From positions 51,720,464 through 51,784,463 of the forward strand of contig NC_043011.1 of the NCBI RefSeq assembly GCF_006345805.1: a stretch of DNA of 64,000 bases. Reading direction: 5' to 3'. This stretch comes from Octopus sinensis. Lineage: Eukaryota. Shown piece by piece: positions 1 to 13,784 of this stretch (the first letter of the stretch is position 1; every line of letters begins with the position of its first letter). The translations under genes were made by a program, and so were the position numbers. A model generated the notes under the pieces. The model did no database searches, was not told the DNA's origin, and saw only the letters and a program-made list of their open reading frames with translations.

Positions 1-799
1 ATTAACTGAAACCATGAAGGCAGTACCCCAGCATGACTGTTGTTCAGTAACTATTAAGCAATGAAAGAATAAATATGCTCAGAGAGAGATGGCTTTGTTG
101 TCATTTATTTTAATGTTGACCATCAATACGCAGCAGAGCATGGGATTTGGAAGTAAACAGACTTATAGATGTTGACTAGACGAATAGATAGATGATAGAC
201 AACGGAGACCCAGCATACTGAATGTGACTATACACAAACATATTCTATGTAGAGGTTCACTAACCATACAATGTCTGTGAGACCTGCCTCTGTCAACAGT
301 TATGAAATTACTGTATTAACATTAGCCTCCTCCTCTGTTAAAACAAAAACCGCCTTCAACTATGCTATTATAAGTCTGTTATTTCTAAATCCCATGCTTC
401 GCTACACACTGATGACATAAATGTATCTCTCTGAAAAATCAATGATTTTAAAGTAAGATATATAATAAAACATTAAAACATTAAGTACCTAACATGAAGG
501 ATAAAAGAGAAAATCAATCCTTCCAGGACTACTAGAGTTTTAAAACACAACCCCATAACATAGTAATGTAAACTGAGTAAACTATTACTAAACCAGACTC
601 TAATTATGGTTACTACGTTAATATAATATATTATGGTATTGGAAATTACTAATGTTCTACAGTGTAGGACTAAATGCATTGCAGCAGATACTTTTAATCG
701 TGGTTGTTGTGAAACTTCAGGTCAGCCCTGATCAAGCAGTCCTACAGCATACAGATAAAAAAATGATAAAGATCCTTCCCAAATCATTCCCAACTATTT

Positions 800-1006
800 T
801 TCCAGTTTCCATTTGCATATGTTCCCCACCTGGATGAGACACTGGTCTGTCACAGGATTACTCAATTTTGTCAGCTGAGTGGACTGGAGCAATATCAAAT
901 GAAGTGTTTTGATCAAGACCATAATGTGTTGCCCGGTCCAGGAATCAAAACCACAATCTTATGATCACGAGTCTAACACCCTAACCACTAAGCCACACAC
1001 CTCCAC
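800..1006 (-). mobile_element. tRNA-derived SINE, degenerate, with a V-SINE-like central domain
   Basis: Minus strand starts GTGGAGG-TGTGTGGCTTAGTGGTTAGGG (A box) ... GGTTTTGATTCC (B box), followed by GCTCCAGTCCACTCAGCTG and CCTGTGACAGACCAGTGTCTCATCCAGG. The head is similar to that of the intact SINE at 50956-51334. Confidence 0.7.
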
Positions 1007-1856
1007 GCCTATGGCACACAGATACTTGGCTAAACAACAAGGTGTGACCTGCAGATCAATCTTCCTTATTATACCATATCTTCACCTAACTGAGAATCAT
1101 ACTACACACACCAGCAGTGATGAAAAATACACAAATAACAGATGTGATAATCATATGTACTTTCTATGCTGGCCTGGGCTGGATGGTCATCATAGTCAGT
1201 TCTTAATTAAAGATACTACTCTTCCAGATGGATCAGAGAACTACACATCAGTCATATGTTTTGTTTATGGCCAGGTTTCCATAACTGGATGCTCTTCCTA
1301 TCACCAATTCATTTACTGAGTGCACTTTATCGTGGCACCAGCACTAGAGAGGTTAACAAGGTTAAAGGTCCTTTCCACCCCCATGTCTCCATTTGCTCAC
1401 CAACCATTTTACAGATGTCTCACTTGAGTGAATTTTTAGTGGCATAAATACTAGTGGGGGTTGCCTTGTACCCAAAGATTAGAGTGTTCTCACCATTCTG
1501 TAAAGAGTATATTTTACTCAGTGTTACATAACTGAGGTGGGGAATATAAGTGACATCAATGACATGAGGAGAGCTAAGTTGGATGGGAGAGTGGAATAGG
1601 CATGTAACAGTAGAAACAGAGTGATTGGAATGAAAAAGTGGTAAAAGGGGATAGTTATAGGAGTTGATACATGGATAGTTATAGGAGTTGATAGATGGTA
1701 AGAGTGAATAATGGCTGTCTATACTATGGCCACATGTGGAACAATAGAAATAGTAAAGATAAAGTGTTTAGAATACATGTGATTTGATGTGATCTCTGTG
1801 ATAACTTAAGAGAAAGATGATAAGTCCAGTGACATCTCTAGTTGTACTAGAAGTAG

Positions 1857-1889
<33 letters not shown>

Positions 1890-3107
1890 CGTGTGTATGC
1901 TTGTACAAACATACACTTATATTATCATCCTTTACCATATCAACAGCAAAGTACAGCGAAAGTGAAAAAGAAAAGGAGTGATAGAGAAGTATGATAGAGT
2001 GATGAGTGATGCAGACATCCCCCCCACACACACACACAGATTTCATTCACAAAAATCTTATATGCAATTCCGGTGATCTGAGATCTGGTCAGGCTTTACT
2101 TCATGAGGAGGTTTAAGAAGACTAAAATATGTCCTCAGTTGTCATCTCATACTGCTGATGATTAAACTCACTCTTCACTATATTCTTACATCCTATATTT
2201 AATTAATTTAAATTAATTAACATCTCAGAGTTGTCTCCACTCCCTTTTCTAACAAGAATTAGTTATTCAGAAAGGGATCAATCTCCTCTCTAAACACATA
2301 ATTTTGATTAATGAAAATTTCTTCATCTTACAACATCAAGTATTCAAATGCTTGACTATTAAGATTTTATGAAATGTAGTTTAATTGCTATGTTGCTCGA
2401 CAGATTCATTCCCAAAGTCTTATGATGTGTAAAGTTCTGAGAATATTTCCCAGATACCAATTCTGTGCAAGGCATTGGAAAGACTTGTCCTTTTTATCAT
2501 TTTCATCAATAGAAGTGTTTCACTGTAATTTCACCATGTTGTCATTGCAGCTAACTCTTGTCATCTGACATGTTATTGACTTGATTCAATGACTTTAAAT
2601 ACAGTGTGTACGTGTATGTGTTTGTGAGAGATAGAAAGATAAGCATGTGAGTGAGAGAGACAGAGAATGCTCTGAAATACAAATATGTGTATGTGCACAC
2701 ATACATGTATGACATAGAAAGATGAGAATGTGTGTGTGTTTAGTTGAGAGGGAGAGAGAGAATGTATGATTTATATAAAAGAGAGAAAGTAACTGCATGT
2801 GTGAGAGCAATATAATCTGTTTGTGTTTGTGTGTGCTTCTGAATATATATTTAGATGTCTGCATATATTCGCTTAAGTTCAGAATCTTGTTCTTCTGTTT
2901 TACATTTTCAGTTTAAAACAGATAATCTCAAGTGGCAGAATAAAGATACATACATATTTGTGTGTGTGTGTGTGTGAGTGTTCAATTTTAATAATACAAA
3001 TCAAATTGAAATGTGCAAAGAAAATGTTATATATGTGTGTACATAAGTGTTTACATATATCATATAGATAGACTTTGAGTAAATGTGTGTGTGTGTATAC
3101 ATATATA

Positions 3108-3140
<33 letters not shown>

Positions 3141-4250
3141 CATACACACATACATACATATACACCTTGACTTTCAAACACACACATATTAACTAGTATA
3201 CCTGTGCCATCAAAAATGACAGCATTTTAAAAGAAAAACGCTGAAACTAATATTTAATAACAGTATCAAAATAACATACATTCCATATATTTGATATAGA
3301 CTTATTACAAAATATCATATATGACCAAACTAGGTTCTGATCAAAGTTCAAGTACCAAAAGTAGTAGGTTTATCAAATTTAGCACACATTCCAGAGGGCA
3401 TAAATATAATATCATTATAACATGTCCTACGTATAAAAGTTGTTATAGTGAAGCATACATGCATCACAATATACAAATCATGTACAATGTATGTCCACAG
3501 TATATACTTCCTATGGTTAACATGTATTTCCATGTAAAATATATTACAATTTTCAAAGACAATACACATATACAACATGTGCTTTAAACAATGTACATCT
3601 GCATCGTATGGTGCATCATAGATTACTGAACATAATTTAGACGTGCCTTCACTGAGTCTTTCTTTTGAAAATAATTGCAAAGACATATCTTTAGGTAGTT
3701 TTTCACTATGTAAACAGCTTCATGCTTAATTTAGCAAATCTTTTATTCCAACATGTTTGTGAAGAACCTATTTCCAATGAGATTTCCTTATTTCAATGTA
3801 CAACCACAAATTATTCTTATTTCTATATGATATATATATGTGTGTGTGTGTGTGTAAGACTATGCAACAAAGTTTATTATAGAAGATAGACTATAATAGA
3901 TGCTGTCATGTATTTTTGTCCCTAAAATGTTGAACTTCTGACTATCTTTATTATTGTACAACTGAACTACATGAAAAAAGAAATTATGTAAATAAGCAGT
4001 ACACACCCAGCTCTCTACCTTCCCCCCACCCAGGTATTTGTGTCTGTGTGTGTACGCATGTGTTAAGGTTTACTCTGGTCTAAAAATTGTTGTTGCTGTT
4101 TATATTGCATTGCTTTTTGTCATGTAACTTAACAGTTCAGCAAACAGATATTTATGAAAAATAAGTACAAGATAGAAGTAAGTACTGGGAGCAATATAAT
4201 CAATTAAAATCCATCAACACAACAGCAGCACAATGAGAAAAATGAACCAG

Positions 4251-4617
4251 GGCTGCATAGTAAGTAGCTTGCTTACCAACCACATGGTTCCAGGTTCAGT
4301 CCCACTGCATGGTACCTTGAGCAAGTGTCTTCTATTATAGCCTCAGGCCGACCAAAGCCTTATGAGTGGATTTGATAGACAAATACTGTAAGAAGCCTGT
4401 TGTATGTGTGTGTGTGTGTGTGTGTGTATTTGTCCCCCACCATCACCTGACAACCGATGTTGGTGTGTTTACGTCCCTGTAACTTAGTGGTTCAGCCAAA
4501 GAGAACAATAGAATAAGTACTAGACTTACAAAGAATAAGTGCTTGGGTCAATTTGTTCTACTAAAGGTGGTGCTCCAGTATGGCCACAGTCAAATGACTG
4601 AAACAAATAAAAGAATA
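4251..4617 (+). mobile_element. SINE family A (tRNA-like head, internal TG/TA microsatellite, GACTGAAACAA-TAAAAGA tail)
   Basis: Head GGCTGCATAGTAAGTAGCTTGC...GGTTCAGTCCC, an internal (TG)n tract, and a 3' end GGTGCTCCAGTATGGCCACAGTCAAATGACTGAAAC. Homologous to many other copies in the window. Confidence 0.9.
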
Positions 4618-5842
4618 CTACCATATGTAGCATGGTAGTGAAACACTTGAGCTATGAGATTGCTTTTGTTTAGTTTTTGAGCTATTTATTTATAAAATGA
4701 ATTATTATTAGAAATGATAGGAAAATTCCCCAAGTTTTCATTGTTTATTGATTGAGGCCTATACAAAGTAAAACAAGAATTATTGAATATATTCTTTCTT
4801 TGGTAGGCATCACTTCTACCATCCCATCCACACTGTCCAAATCAATCCTAACATTCTGGCGAAGCTCCCTTAGCAACTGTATACATACATCTCCCACTGA
4901 CCATCACCATGTAGTGCTATAGAGACGTTATCACTCTCCGGATACATCTATAAAAACAGACCAAAGGCAGAAAAGATCTTTTACTAAGTGGTCTTCACAG
5001 CTACAGTTAACTGCTTCATAGCCCCTACCTACATCATGGATATACATAGCCCCTTAGCTGAAGTGATGACGTCCAGTGTAACATGTTGAGTACCCTGAAC
5101 CAATTTATGTACAATAAGAATATAGATTGATAAAAACTTGAAGGGACCCTTTAATACAATCACAGGCAGCTTCTCTATTGCTAGTGGTACAATAAAATGC
5201 ACTCCATGTTGTAAAGCGGTTGTGATAGGCAAAGCATCTGACAGTGTAAAAAAGAAAGGAACAAATGAATATATATTTCTTTATTGCCCACAAGGGGCTA
5301 AACATAGAGGGGATAGATAATGTAGGATAGGAGGGGCTCTCAATCTTCTCAGGCACACCATAACCTGTTTACTGCTAAAAACCACACACAATAATAATAT
5401 TGATAACAAGGTACTGCAATAAGTAGTGAGATGTGGGACTGTGGTGAAGGTTGCAAGACAAAAGGTTGCAGTGGGTGATAAGATGTAGGAATGCAGTCAC
5501 TCAAGCCAGACCACAAATAACCCATCAAGGAGAACAGAAACTCCAAATAAAAATTAATGCAGGATAAAAGGGACACTTGAGTTCTTTTTGTGTGGACAAC
5601 CTCTCTACTGGCAATGACACGAAATAATGTACTCAGTACACGGTGTGAAGTAGCTGGCGACAGGAAAGGCATTCAGCTGTAGAAATCATGCCAAAAATGG
5701 AATGTTTAGGTGAGACATGATTTTTGCAAGATGCATTGTAGGCCATCCCTCTAGGAATGGTAGTAACTCTGAATAAGCATCGAAATGGACTGTGACAACC
5801 CATTCCATTCATGCCAGTGAGGGAAAACAGGTATAAGAATAA

Positions 5843-5884
<42 letters not shown>

Positions 5885-5916
5885 TCATCATCATCATCAT
5901 CATCGTTTAGCGTCGA

Positions 5917-5971
<55 letters not shown>

Positions 5972-7043
5972 CACACACACGATTTATATGCTACTTACAT
6001 GACAGATTATGGTTCTAAAACTATTCTTTTCACAAATTCAATCTTTTTTTCATCCTATGGAACTCAAATATTTAATCCTTCACAGTGTATATAAAACTAA
6101 TGAAGTAATAATGATTGATGTGTCACACACACACAAGAGTTGCAGTTATGCATGAATGATGAATGATAGGTAGATAACTAGTTAAATGGATAGACATATA
6201 TATATATAGACAGATGGATGGACAAACAGGCAGATATAGATACAAAGATAAGAGAGCAGAAGGGGGGAGAGAGAGTAGGCGTGGGGAGAGAGAGAGAGAG
6301 AGAAAGAAAGTAGAAAGATGAGAATGTGTATATGAGTGGCTGTACAAATATATAGACTTACTGTGGACAGCAAACAAAGGATTACAGCAAACCTGAAATT
6401 TATTTTCTAAATGTGTTATTTTGTTTTTACTGTTTTCATCGGAATTCTTTACCAAAAGTATGAAAATAAAACTGATACGCAAGAGTTCTTTAAGGTTTAA
6501 AAGTATTTATTTGAAATATATCTTTTAATCTTTTTCAATTAATTTTCTTTCCTTGCATTTAAATTTAATGATTTCCAATTTAATACACAACCTTCAGTCA
6601 CAAATATATTTTAACAGAATAATTGCCACTTTTATCTTCTGCGTTAGATCTATGTACAAAATAGTGTAATGAACGGAGAAACACTTAAATGTTTTTCTCT
6701 TTCTTATTCATACCAAAACATCTAAAATGAATCACTTTTATTTCAATGTCTAATCACTAGAATCCGAACACTTGATTTTCTCAACAATTGGCAATCACAG
6801 TTTATGCAACTAAAATTTTAGCAATGTTTATTGGATTAGTTCATTTTGTTGTTCTTTTTTCTATGAATTTCTCTGTTCATTATGCTTTGGTGAAACTTAT
6901 GTCACTTTCAGCAACAGAAAGTATAATTGAGAAGCTATTGCTTAGGGATGTGGATGTCCACCTAGTTTTGATCAATTTCTGCACATGCACTGTAAAACAG
7001 GCTGAAAATCATGGCATGACTTTATTTTCTTTTTAGTATATAC

Positions 7044-7086
<43 letters not shown>

Positions 7087-7113
7087 CACTTCTTTAAAAA
7101 AAAGTGATTATGC

Positions 7114-7314
7114 ACTCTTTTACTTGTTTCAGTCATTTCACTGTGGCCATGTTGGAGCACCACCTTTAGTCAAGCAAATCAACTCCAGGACTTATTCTTT
7201 GTAAGCCTAGTACTTATTCTATCAGTCGCTTTTGCTGAACCGCTAAGTTACGAGGATGTAAACACACAAGCATCAGTTGTCAAGCGATGTTGGGTGTCAA
7301 ACAGACACACAAAC

Positions 7315-7371
<57 letters not shown>

Positions 7372-7546
7372 TACAATGGGCTTCTTTCAGTTTCTGTCTA
7401 TCAAATCCACTCATAAGGCTTTGGTCAGCCTGAGGCTATAGTAGAAGACACATGCCCAAGGTGCTACGCAGTGGGACTGAACCTGGAACCATGTGGTTCA
7501 CAAGCAAGCTACTTACCACACAGCCACTCCTAAGCCTAGGTATATA
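7114..7546 (-). mobile_element. SINE family A, older copy with CpG decay
   Basis: Full-length reverse-complement match to the 4251-4617 copy, with an internal (TA)n tract. Confidence 0.9.
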
Positions 7547-7749
7547 CTCTTTTTACTCTTTTACTTGTTTCAGTCATTTGACTGCGGCCATGCTGGAGCA
7601 CCGCCTTTTAGTCGAGCAAATCGACCCCGGGACTTATTCTTTGTAAGCCCAGTACTTATTCTATTGGTCTCTTTTGCCGAACTGCTAAGTGACGGGGACG
7701 TAAACACACCAGCATCGGTTGTCAAGCGATGCTAGGGGGACAAACACAA

Positions 7750-7788
<39 letters not shown>

Positions 7789-7961
7789 CGACGGGCTTCT
7801 TTCAGTTTCCGTCTACCAAATCCACTCACAAGGCTTTGGTCAGCCTGAGGCTATAGTAGAAGACACTTGCCCAAGGTGCCACGCAGTGGGACTGAACCTG
7901 GAACCATGTGGTTCACAAGCAAGCTACTTACCACACAGCCACTCCTAAGCCTAGGTATATA
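7547..7961 (-). mobile_element. SINE family A, younger body, tandem to the previous copy
   Basis: CpG-intact body (GACTGCGGCC, AGTCGAGCAAATCGACCCCGGG). Its last 81 bp are identical to 7466-7546. Confidence 0.9.
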
Positions 7962-9689
7962 TTTGTATACATTGTATACAATAATTTCATTATTATTATA
8001 TTTTCTCATTTCACTTTTCTAAAAACTCTCTGTAGGTCCAAAGCACCCTAAATACATTTAGAATTTGCTATCCACATCACATTATGTTCTTGCATATAAA
8101 TATATTTTTCATGTTATCGATACTAGACAATAGCTACTGCACCTTTCTTAGCATTGTACTCTCTTCCCATTCATTATATATAAAGATATTTACTTTGAGA
8201 TATTTTGATTTCTCTCTTATAGGAGAATTTTAACTAACACATACATACGTGTTTAAACTAAGTGATGCAACTACAGATAGAAATTTACATGCATTCACAT
8301 AAATATACACACATTTATATACGTTTGTACATTTACACACACACATACACACACACACACACACATATATACACATACATACAATAGTGTCACTTAGTTT
8401 AAAGACAGAGTTTATTGATGATTAAACATTATTTCCCTTTATGTAATTACAATTCAAACAAAATATCAATGAAAGGATAACTCTTTATTCTTTTAAATGA
8501 TATAAGTTGAAACAAAAATTTTAATTAGCGTAACAAAATTATTGATAGCAGTAAGAGTAAAGCCACAAAAATAAATGTCACTCAATTTAAGAATATGTGA
8601 TGATGAAAAAAAAATGTATTTTAATTTTACTCCATATCAGAAAAACAAACTAAACTATTAATAACTATTTGATTATATGATCCCAAAAACTGATACAATA
8701 GGTAAATGAACAAGACATGATCAAGATCCAACTGCATAAGCTAAAATGGACTTCTTGAGTCATAAATGTTACATTAGATGCTCACTCAGTAACTGTGGCC
8801 ACGAACATTTTCAATGAAACTGATGGCTCTTTTGATAGTTGTTGATTAGATGAGCCATGAAAAATTACTAGAAGGAAGCTCCTACAGCAATGACTCAAAT
8901 GCCAAAATGTACAAGAGCAACAACATGCTTTTACTAATCACCTCTTTTACTCTTTGAACTATCTCCCCTTCTAATCAATTGTTTTCTATCCCTATTTCTT
9001 TGTTAGAGTAAATCAGTTCTCTTCAGAAAGATCCAATACTAGTTCACTAATCTAGTTGCCATAGTCTCTACACGATGCATTTAGCTTCCTGTTGCTAAGC
9101 ACAGGGTCAAGTACTGGGAATCAATTTAATCAATTCCAAGTCAACGTCAGTAGGATTTGAACTCATGATGTGAAGATACACAACTAAATACTGCAATGTA
9201 TTTTATCTATCACTTTACCAAGTTTTCCAATACACAGTTCTTTCTAACAGTGGCACACACCTACAGATATTATTTTTGAAGAGGAGTCAATTATATCAAC
9301 CCCTTCAACTCCAGCATTTGACTTGGTGTTTTACTTAATCAAGCAAAGAAGAATCAAAGGGTAGAGGCGGCACTGGGTGGATTGGAAACCAGAACAACTA
9401 AACATCGGGGGTGCAATTAAACACCTCCATTCTGCTACTCCACCACCTTTACAAATAATAAGTAGATCATTACCAAATATTTATCTATTGGCTATAATGT
9501 GAATCAGTTGTAAATGATTAATACAATATACCTTACAATTTTCATATAAAATGTACAAACAATTTTCTCATTAGTAGATATAATAAAAAACAAGTCAAGT
9601 AGATTCATTTCTATGGAGCACGTTTCGTTTCAAACCTCCCTCTCTCTATCTCAATTTTTATTTTACCCCCCTGTCTGTTTATTTGAATA

Positions 9690-9970
9690 TACCTATATGT
9701 GTGTGTAGACGCACACATATAAAATATATACAAGGTGCACAAATATACACATGATCACTTGGTTATAGGAGTGAACACATATGTATATAATAAAACTATA
9801 AATCTTCATTAATAAAGATTGTATATACTTCAATATAAAAGAGCATATATATACATATATATGCATACATGTACATATACAAATATAAATATATGCATAT
9901 ATATATACATATATAAATATATGCATATATATACATATACATATATAAATATATGCATATATATACATAC

Positions 9971-10002
<32 letters not shown>

Positions 10003-10249
10003 ATATAAAATACTTTATTTGTATATATAAATAGTATACATATATATCAGACTTGTGCATACACAATAAAGCACTGTAATTTATATTTCACAGTTTAACC
10101 ATTTTAAAATGATAAACTATACATGAACAATAACTATCTATACATATAAAAGTATATGTGTGTGTATACATACAGATATTCATATACAGATACAATATAT
10201 ACATATACAGACACATGCATATATATATATATATATATATACAGACACA

Positions 10250-10302
<53 letters not shown>

Positions 10303-10351
10303 TATATATATGCACATGTGTACACATGTATATACATAGAGCTATACACAC

Positions 10352-10389
<38 letters not shown>

Positions 10390-10420
10390 ATACACATACA
10401 TTTGTAAGGTGCAAAATAAA
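9690..10420. repeat. Compound (TA)n/(CA)n/(TG)n microsatellite field
   Basis: Directly visible dinucleotide tracts. They generate several spurious YIYIY-type ORFs. Confidence 0.95.
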
Positions 10421-10679
10421 AAATTAGGGGTAAACTTGTGAGCTAACACACACACACATACCTGTGTGTGTGTGTGTGTATTTATATAAGAGGGCCATAT
10501 ATTTTCATATGAATATTTCAGCAATTATTGATTGATTCATGAGATCAATAAATCAATATCTATGCACAGTTGAGTGAGAGGGGTGTTATTTTATTAGATA
10601 ACCAATCTGATGGGATATGTTTACACCTAGGCAGAGTGTTTAAAATTGTATGGAAGAATGTTTACAACATGCCTCACAC

Positions 10680-10925
10680 TCCACTATCATCATCATCGTC
10701 ATCATCATCATCAGCAGTAGCAGCAGCAGCACCACTACCACCACCACCAACACACTTCACCACTGTTATCATCAATGTTATCAAGATCATCCTCATTGAC
10801 AACAGCAGCACTAACAACACACTTTACCATCATTAGCATCATCTACATACTTCACTGTCAACAAAATCATCATCATCATCGTCATCATCATCATCACCAC
10901 CACCCCCATCACCACTACCAACATC
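10680..10925. repeat. (CAT)n/(CAC)n/(CAG)n trinucleotide low-complexity tract
   Basis: Directly visible trinucleotide runs. Confidence 0.9.
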
Positions 10926-11377
10926 AACATGTTCCATAATTTTGTATTGGAGGAGCAAAGAAGCATTTGTATGGTCACTTAACTCCCCTGATTCAATAAA
11001 GAAGCCTCAATGACTTCACAATAAGCATCTTTCAGTTCCTGTCAACCAAATCCACTCACAAGACTTTTGTCATCCTGGGACTATAGTCGAAGACACTTGT
11101 TCAAGGTGCCTCACAATGGAACTGAACCCTAAATCATGTCAATGGGAAGCAAACTTCTTACCATATGGCCATATGTTTATGTCCCACAGCCCAGTAGTTT
11201 GACATGTGACAACTAATGGACTAGTATAACTTAGTTGTAAACAATTAGGAAGGGCACACCTGGCTATAGAGTTACTGTCCTGAGTAGTCTTGTCCCTCTC
11301 ATGCAAGCACAGAAAAAGTGAATGTAAACATGGTGATGATAATAATGATGAATATAATTACATCAAAAACCGAAGAA

Positions 11378-11965
11378 TTAATCCTTTTGATACCAAAGTG
11401 CCTAAGACTACTTCTGTTTGTATGGTACAAAACCTCTTGTTTTAAAGTGTCTATTGAAATACTTTCAGAAACAGTTTATGCAAGGACCTTTTAGTGAGTT
11501 ATCTTCCAAACTTCAGCTTTTCTATTGTAAAAATTTAATTAATAATTTTACTAAATCCTTACAAATTTTTCTATTGTTCTATTTCGCAAGAGTCATATCA
11601 ATAAAGTGAGTGCTTATAAAGCACAATCAATGGTTGTTGTTTGTCAATGTTTCTTTTTTTATTTTATTCGTTTTTCAAAGTATTATAGTCAGTATGGTGT
11701 GGTGAAAAATATTTTGGGGGATAGATATAGATGAACGACAAATTCTTTGTAAAAAAAAAAAGTGGCAGGGAAAAATATATAGGCAAACAACTGGCGAGTG
11801 TGTTTATAGGTTTATTAGAAGAATTCTTTGGAAATATAACAATATTTGTTTCAACAGAATTTCAGAACAAAATTCTGGTAAAATAAATTCAAAATACAAA
11901 TTATTCATTATTTCAAAATTAATTAAAACACATAAGGCAGTATATTATGGTTACAAAAGAGTTAA
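11378..11965. mobile_element. piggyBac-type non-autonomous element (degenerate)
   Basis: Left end TTAA-TCCTTTTGATACC and right end GGTTACAAAAGAG-TTAA give imperfect TIRs with TTAA on both sides. The ends resemble those of the element at 18016-18235. Confidence 0.5.
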
Positions 11966-13526
11966 TTCACATCAAGAATATCATCGACCACCTCCACTTC
12001 ATCATCATCATAAAATTTTTCCATTATAAATGTTGCTGCTGTTGCTGATGAGGATAATCAGCATCAGCATTGATAATGAAAAAGTTTTATGATGATGATG
12101 AAGTGGAGGGAGTAATGATCATCATCATCATCATCATTACCATTATTATTTTTACCATTAGAATCATCAGCATTGATTCTACATCACCATTAAATTGCAT
12201 GTTAACAAAGGTGAGACGGTCCATACTTTTGCTTCCCACCAGGTATCTCTATGGAAAGACCATACGTGACTCATCTTCAATTACCTGAAAGGTAACACAC
12301 CTATATGAATTCAAAAGGTACCTGTTGGTTTCCCAGGTGCACATCTACACCCACACCAACACACATGCACACAGATCATGACTCATACTTCATGAGCTAC
12401 AAGTTGTAATCCATTATTAATTAGCAGATACCTTGTACACCCAAAATGTCCACTCTCCACATATGTATATCTATGTATGACTCATACACACATACATCAT
12501 CTCTTGCCACCATGATTTCATTGTTACCAAGCATGCACACACATGCATACACTCACATACATGCACTTTGGCTCGCACTCACACACACACACACTCCATG
12601 TATCCAGCCTGTAAGTTCCCACCAACAGTCCCTTATTAATGACAAGGGGACAGAAAGGTGAGCAGTTAAAGTTACCAAGGCAACATCTCTTCAACCAGCT
12701 TTTATTGATCCAATAATATCATATACATAATTTACTACAACATCCACTAACCTCCACCACCCACAAGCACCATGAGCATTACCACCATTCAGCACCCCAT
12801 TACCATCCCCACTGCTGCCACCACCACCACCACCACCACCACCACCATTTTTGCCCAGCTGTTTGTTTCTTTATTGCTTCCTTTGTTGCAGTGAAAATGC
12901 AATGCAATAGATGCATTGTGCAATGTGCATTGTACAGATTCATCTATATATATATGTATATATATATATGAAACAAACGAAGCAATGTCTAGTGAATCAT
13001 TTTTTCAATATTGACAAATTCTGAAAGCATACAAGGGAGCGCTTAAATGGTTGTTCACCCCGCTAAAAATAGGAGCTAAATCTCTCTCAGATTTCATCTC
13101 ATTGTCTTCAAAGATGAAGACTTTGCACAAAGTAGTTCTAAAAAAGACAATTGTGAAATGTTCATGATAGAAACATCTCTGGTTGTAAGCTGTTACTTGA
13201 TAAGCAACAATAACGAACTAACTTGGGAATATCTGCACTCTTGCATAACTTCCTAGAAATAGTAGAATGCAAACAATGCCTGTCCTCAATCAGAATAAAA
13301 ATACATAGGAAGCCTGTCCAATCAAACCTGAGAACAAACCCCTAGAAGACAGCAGTAAATCACTTTGCTTAAAAACCAGTGTTATTCACAAGTTAACCAG
13401 CAAATACAGAAACATATATATTGATGAACCAAACAAGAACTTTGACAGAACAACACTTTTTTAAAAATCATACCACCTATTACAGTATTTCAGTACAGAC
13501 AAATATATATACATACATACATACAC

Positions 13527-13558
<32 letters not shown>

Positions 13559-13599
13559 TTAAAAAAGGAGATGTGGAACACAAGTTGTGATATATAAAA

Positions 13600-13734
13600 A
13601 AAGGAAATGAAGAAAATGCTGACAAAATAATTTAAGTAAGGGAGAGTGTATTTAATTAGGTGAAAGTTCTTTTACCTAATTAAATACACTCTCCCTTACT
13701 TAAATTATTTTGTCAACATTTTCTTCATTTCCTT

Positions 13735-13735
<1 letters not shown>
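13600..13735. repeat. Near-perfect inverted repeat (about 65-bp arms, about 3-nt spacer)
   Basis: AAAGGAAATGAAGAAAATGCTGACAAAATAATTTAAGTAAGGGAGAGTGTATTTAATTAGGTGAAA is followed by its reverse complement with about 2 mismatches. TA-rich flanks on both sides. Confidence 0.95.
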
Positions 13736-13765
<30 letters not shown>

Positions 13766-13784
13766 ATATACATACATATATATG

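Noticed and set aside
3348-3686. 112-aa minus-strand ORF
   Set aside because: No recognisable domain, in-frame stops just upstream, and an AT-rich composition consistent with chance.
6362-6392. 31-nt minus-strand microexon (TTTCAG ... GTAAGT)
   Set aside because: Splice dinucleotides are good, but the pyrimidine tract is weak, the peptide is unrecognisable and no partner exons were found.
12162-12210. 49-nt plus-strand exon with AG|GTGAGA donor; overlapping minus-strand DTWWEAKV peptide
   Set aside because: It sits at the edge of a (CAT)n tract, and the similarity to SH3 or Agenet motifs is only a few residues.
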